A stretch of 64,000 nt of DNA from Candidatus Adlerbacteria bacterium (lineage in GTDB: Bacteria; Patescibacteriota; Minisyncoccia; Phycocordibacterales; SBAW01): positions 109,451 to 173,450 of the forward strand of contig PLCJ01000002.1 in NCBI GenBank assembly GCA_003135635.1, written 5' to 3'. Position numbers and translations under genes: made by a program. A model generated the notes under the pieces. The model was not told the origin of the DNA and ran no database searches. It worked only from the letters and a program-made list of their open reading frames with translations. This document shows positions 60,484-64,000 of this stretch, one piece after another; position 1 is the stretch's first letter, and every line of letters starts with the position of its first letter.

Positions 60484-61581
60484 ATGAATATCCTCTGGCT
60501 GAATTGGAAGGATAGAGGTCATCCTTTGGCTGGTGGAGCTGAAGTCGTCAATGAAGCATTGGCGAAACGACTCGCTCAGGATGGGCACACGGTTATGTTC
60601 CTGGTCGGCGGTTTTTCCGGTGCTTTGGAGAAGGAGGAACGCGATGGTTTTTCTATTGTTCGTGTCGGAGGTCGGTGGGGTGTCTATTGGCAAGCTTACC
60701 GCTATTACCAAAAGCATTTACGAGATTGGCCGGATTTGGTCATAGATGAAGTGAACACAGTTCCGTTTTTTGCAAAATTCTATGTACGACAGAAAAATAT
60801 TCTATTTGTGCATCAGCTTTGCCGTGAGATATGGTTCTATCAAATGTTTTTTCCGCTCAATGTACTCGGGTATCTTTTGGAACCCTTATATCTCTGGCTC
60901 CTGAGCGGTAGTGAGGTTATTACCGTATCTAAAAGCACGAAACAGGATTTGATGCGCTTTGGTTTTGACCAGGCCAAGATACATATTATTTCCGAGGGCA
61001 TTGATATTGAACCTCTGTCAGAGCTTGCGCCAAAAAATCTTGAGAACCCGATGATTCTCGCACTCGGCCGTTGTGACCCCACGAAGCGCACGGTGGACGT
61101 GATGAAAGCATTTGAATTGGTGAAAGAGAAAATACCGACTGCACAGTTGGTAATTGCTGGTCTATGCGAAGGAGGCTATGGAGAAAAGATTAGAGGTATG
61201 CGCGAAGTGTCTCGTTACAAAGACAGCATTACGATTACGGGGTCTATAAGCCAAGGGCAAAAGGTGGCGCTCATGCAAGAGGCTGCCGTGCTTTGCATGG
61301 CCTCGGTCAAGGAGGGGTGGGGACTGGTGGTTACGGAAGCGAATAGCCAGGGTACGCCTGCGGTGGTGTATAACGTTGACGGATTGAGAGACAGTGTACG
61401 CAATACAGAGACTGGCCTAGTCTGCAGTGCCAATACTCCAGCTGATTTAGCCTTTCAAATAAAGAGGCTTTTCGGAGATACCAAATTTTATGAACGCTTG
61501 CGAAGAAACACTTGGAAGTTGAGCAAAGAAATAACCTTCGACAATAGCTATCGGCAGTTTATAAATATTCTTAAACAATAA
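60484..61581 (+). CDS. GT4 glycosyltransferase
   Basis: HPLAGGAE, EGWGLVVTEA. Confidence 0.92.
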   Translation: MNILWLNWKDRGHPLAGGAEVVNEALAKRLAQDGHTVMFLVGGFSGALEKEERDGFSIVRVGGRWGVYWQAYRYYQKHLRDWPDLVIDEVNTVPFFAKFYVRQKNILFVHQLCREIWFYQMFFPLNVLGYLLEPLYLWLLSGSEVITVSKSTKQDLMRFGFDQAKIHIISEGIDIEPLSELAPKNLENPMILALGRCDPTKRTVDVMKAFELVKEKIPTAQLVIAGLCEGGYGEKIRGMREVSRYKDSITITGSISQGQKVALMQEAAVLCMASVKEGWGLVVTEANSQGTPAVVYNVDGLRDSVRNTETGLVCSANTPADLAFQIKRLFGDTKFYERLRRNTWKLSKEITFDNSYRQFINILKQ

Positions 61582-61583
61582 AT

Positions 61584-62279
61584 ATGAAAAAATTTCTTGC
61601 CGGAATGTATGAGAGAGCAAGGCTTTTAAATGATGACTATGTTTCTAAATCAATTAAGGTAAACGGTGAAATAGATTCAATTTTAGATGTTGGGTGTTGG
61701 AATGGTGAACTAACAATGTACTACGCTCAGGCAGGTAACGCTAAAAAAATCTACGGCATCGAAGTTGTCAAGGAGATGTCTGATAAGGCAACGGAAAAAG
61801 GGATACAATGCTATGCACTCAGAGCCGACCAAGATATTTGGCCATTTAATGACAACAGCATTGACTGTGTCGTTTCAAACCAAGTTGTTGAACATCTCTC
61901 GGACCTCGACCATTATTTTAAAGAGGCGGCGCGAGTGCTCAAGCCAGGGGGTATTTTGGTTACAAGCACAAATAATTTAGGGAGTTGGCACAATATTTTT
62001 GCGCTTCTGTGGGGTTGGGCACCTTTTGATCTCACTAATAGTTCAAAAATAACTGCTGGTATTGGAAACCCTCTGTCGGTCCATAGATCGGAAAAGGTAG
62101 AACTTTCAACCTGGACTCATAAATGTATCTATACCCCCCGCTGGTTATTTGAATGGCAAAAACTCTATGGATTAAAATTTTCAAATCAAATGGCGACAGG
62201 CTTTTATCCCTTCCCGGCATCGTGGGGAAATATATTTAAAAATCACGCTGCTTTCATGATAATTACTACAAAAAAATAA
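61584..62279 (+). CDS. Class I SAM-dependent methyltransferase
   Basis: LDVGCWNG, VVEHL, RVLKPGG. Confidence 0.92.
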   Translation: MKKFLAGMYERARLLNDDYVSKSIKVNGEIDSILDVGCWNGELTMYYAQAGNAKKIYGIEVVKEMSDKATEKGIQCYALRADQDIWPFNDNSIDCVVSNQVVEHLSDLDHYFKEAARVLKPGGILVTSTNNLGSWHNIFALLWGWAPFDLTNSSKITAGIGNPLSVHRSEKVELSTWTHKCIYTPRWLFEWQKLYGLKFSNQMATGFYPFPASWGNIFKNHAAFMIITTKK

Positions 62280-63223
62280 TGAATCAGCCACTTATCTCAT
62301 ACATCATTCCGACTTTGAATGCCGAGCAGTATCTGAAGCGCTGTCTCGACAGTATTTTTATGCAGGATTACCCTCGCGACAGGTATGAGGTTATTATTGC
62401 TGATGGAGGATCTAAGGACAGGACTATCGAGATTTTGAAATCGTATCCAGTTACCTATGTCCACAATGAAAAACATGACGCGGAAAGCGGAAAATACGTT
62501 GCGATACAAAAAGCGAAAGGGGATATCTACGTCCTACTCGATTCCGACAACATTATTGCGTCGAAAGATTGGCTTACCTCACTTATTCAACCTCTAAAAG
62601 AAAACCCGGATATTGTCGGAGTCGAGTCGAATTATTTAATTGCCAACGATTTCACTTCTCTTAATACTTACACAAACCTTCTTGTAATAGTCGATCCGTT
62701 AGCACGTATGCTCGCGGCGCGACCCTCCAAAATTGACAAGAAGGGCACTTACATCCTTAAAACGTTCGCTCAAAACTCTACTCCAATATCAGGCGCAAAC
62801 GGTTTTTTGTGGCGCAAAAGTGTTGTTGAAGAATATTTACGGACGAATGGTAAAGAGTTTCCGGAGGCAAAAGTGCTTGCTGACGTTGCTATTAGCGGTA
62901 AAGTAGTCTACGCCAACGTGCCAGGCAAAGGGGTTTATCATTATTACTGTGTTTCGCTGAACGATTACTTAAAGAAGCGAAGAAAAGTCGCCAAGAACAT
63001 TCTCGCAAGAAAATCCAGACGTGAGGACATTTGGATTGAAAAAGGCGGGAAGCTGCGTTTTTATTCTAGCGCTCTTTACCTCACTTCTTTCGTCGGGCCT
63101 CTTTTTGAAGCGACTTATAACTTTCTTAAAACAGGAAGAAAAGAATGGTTTTGGCATCCGATTGTCTGTTTTCTGACAGTGTGGGTGTACAGCTTATTTT
63201 TCATGAGCAGTCATTATGAATAA
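62279..63223 (+). CDS. GT2 glycosyltransferase
   Basis: IIPTLN, DGGSKD, LDSD. Confidence 0.9.
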   Translation: MNQPLISYIIPTLNAEQYLKRCLDSIFMQDYPRDRYEVIIADGGSKDRTIEILKSYPVTYVHNEKHDAESGKYVAIQKAKGDIYVLLDSDNIIASKDWLTSLIQPLKENPDIVGVESNYLIANDFTSLNTYTNLLVIVDPLARMLAARPSKIDKKGTYILKTFAQNSTPISGANGFLWRKSVVEEYLRTNGKEFPEAKVLADVAISGKVVYANVPGKGVYHYYCVSLNDYLKKRRKVAKNILARKSRREDIWIEKGGKLRFYSSALYLTSFVGPLFEATYNFLKTGRKEWFWHPIVCFLTVWVYSLFFMSSHYE

Positions 63224-64000
63224 AATTTCGGTGATAATAGTTAACTATAATGGTAAGAAATGGCTACAAAAATGCCTCGATTCTTTGCTTACGCAACAGT
63301 ATAAGAATTTTGAAGTTATAGTTGTCGATAATAATTCAAGCGACGATAGTATCCAATATATTGAGAAGAATTACCCCACAGTAATTGTTATCAAAAGTGA
63401 TAAAAACCTAGGATTTGCCGGTGGAAATAATCTAGGTATAGAAAAAGCTAAAGGAGAGTATATATTACTACTGAACAATGACACATGGGTGGAAAATAGT
63501 TTTTTGGAAAAGCTTTATACATTTTATATAAATCACGATTTTGATGTAGTAGGACCTTACCAAAAAGACTATCATGATGAAAGTGAATTTAAACAATACT
63601 TAATCACAATAGATTTGTTTGGTCATCCAATATATATATCAAAAGGAATCAAAAGAACTGGCTTTTATCTGTCTGGAGTTTGCGTACTTTTTTCTAAGAA
63701 ACTTTACGCAGAGACTCTTGGTCTCGATAGTAATTTCTTTATGTATTTTGAAGAAATTGACTGGTTTTGGCGATTGAATTTATTGAAGAAAACGTTTTCC
63801 TATGTTGACAACTTGTTTGTTTACCATGCCGGTGCTGGATCAACCGGAAGTGGCATTAAATATCAGAGTTTTTTATGGAGAAACCAAAATACTTTACAAA
63901 TGTTATTAAAAAATTACAGCCGGTATAATTTATTTTGGGTATTACCAATTTATTTTCTTCAGAATATTGTTGAAATAGCATTTTTTCTCTTAATATTTAA
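63216..64000 (+). CDS. GT2 glycosyltransferase (runs off window end)
   Basis: MNKISVIIVNYNG...DNNSSD...NLGFAGGNN...LLNND...FMYFEEID; low GC. Confidence 0.88.
   Translation, partial: MNKISVIIVNYNGKKWLQKCLDSLLTQQYKNFEVIVVDNNSSDDSIQYIEKNYPTVIVIKSDKNLGFAGGNNLGIEKAKGEYILLLNNDTWVENSFLEKLYTFYINHDFDVVGPYQKDYHDESEFKQYLITIDLFGHPIYISKGIKRTGFYLSGVCVLFSKKLYAETLGLDSNFFMYFEEIDWFWRLNLLKKTFSYVDNLFVYHAGAGSTGSGIKYQSFLWRNQNTLQMLLKNYSRYNLFWVLPIYFLQNIVEIAFFLLIF

Overview
Chromosomal segment of a small-genome bacterium that looks like Patescibacteria/Parcubacteria (inferred from gene repertoire, short atpH/atpC, mostly leaderless genes, genetic code 11). Core content: a heterodimeric ABC exporter, CcdA/DipZ, a DEAD-box helicase, GH18, a P-type ATPase, an ECF-sigma operon ending in a flavinylation/RnfD-FNR redox module, msrA/VKOR, tgt-uvrB, uvrA-uvrC-ddl, speD, five canonical tRNAs, the F1Fo atp operon and the start of a surface-polysaccharide cluster. 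Most unusual signals: (1) self-contained ORFan cassettes (sigma70 promoter, often a boxA-like motif, strong SD, ORFan, terminator), two of which, 17 kb apart and with unrelated ORFs, share a homologous promoter head and a 42/43-identical terminator tail; (2) a roughly 350-nt promoter-to-terminator structured RNA upstream of atpB that fits neither tmRNA nor RNase P; (3) a roughly 100-nt stem-closed RNA apparently co-transcribed with a tRNA-Asn-like element carrying a 13-nt anticodon loop; (4) an NYN nuclease gene faced by a roughly 45-nt convergent sRNA inside a tRNA-Val island; (5) two DGR-target-like proteins with no RT in the window. All calls are by eye; no database searches were run.
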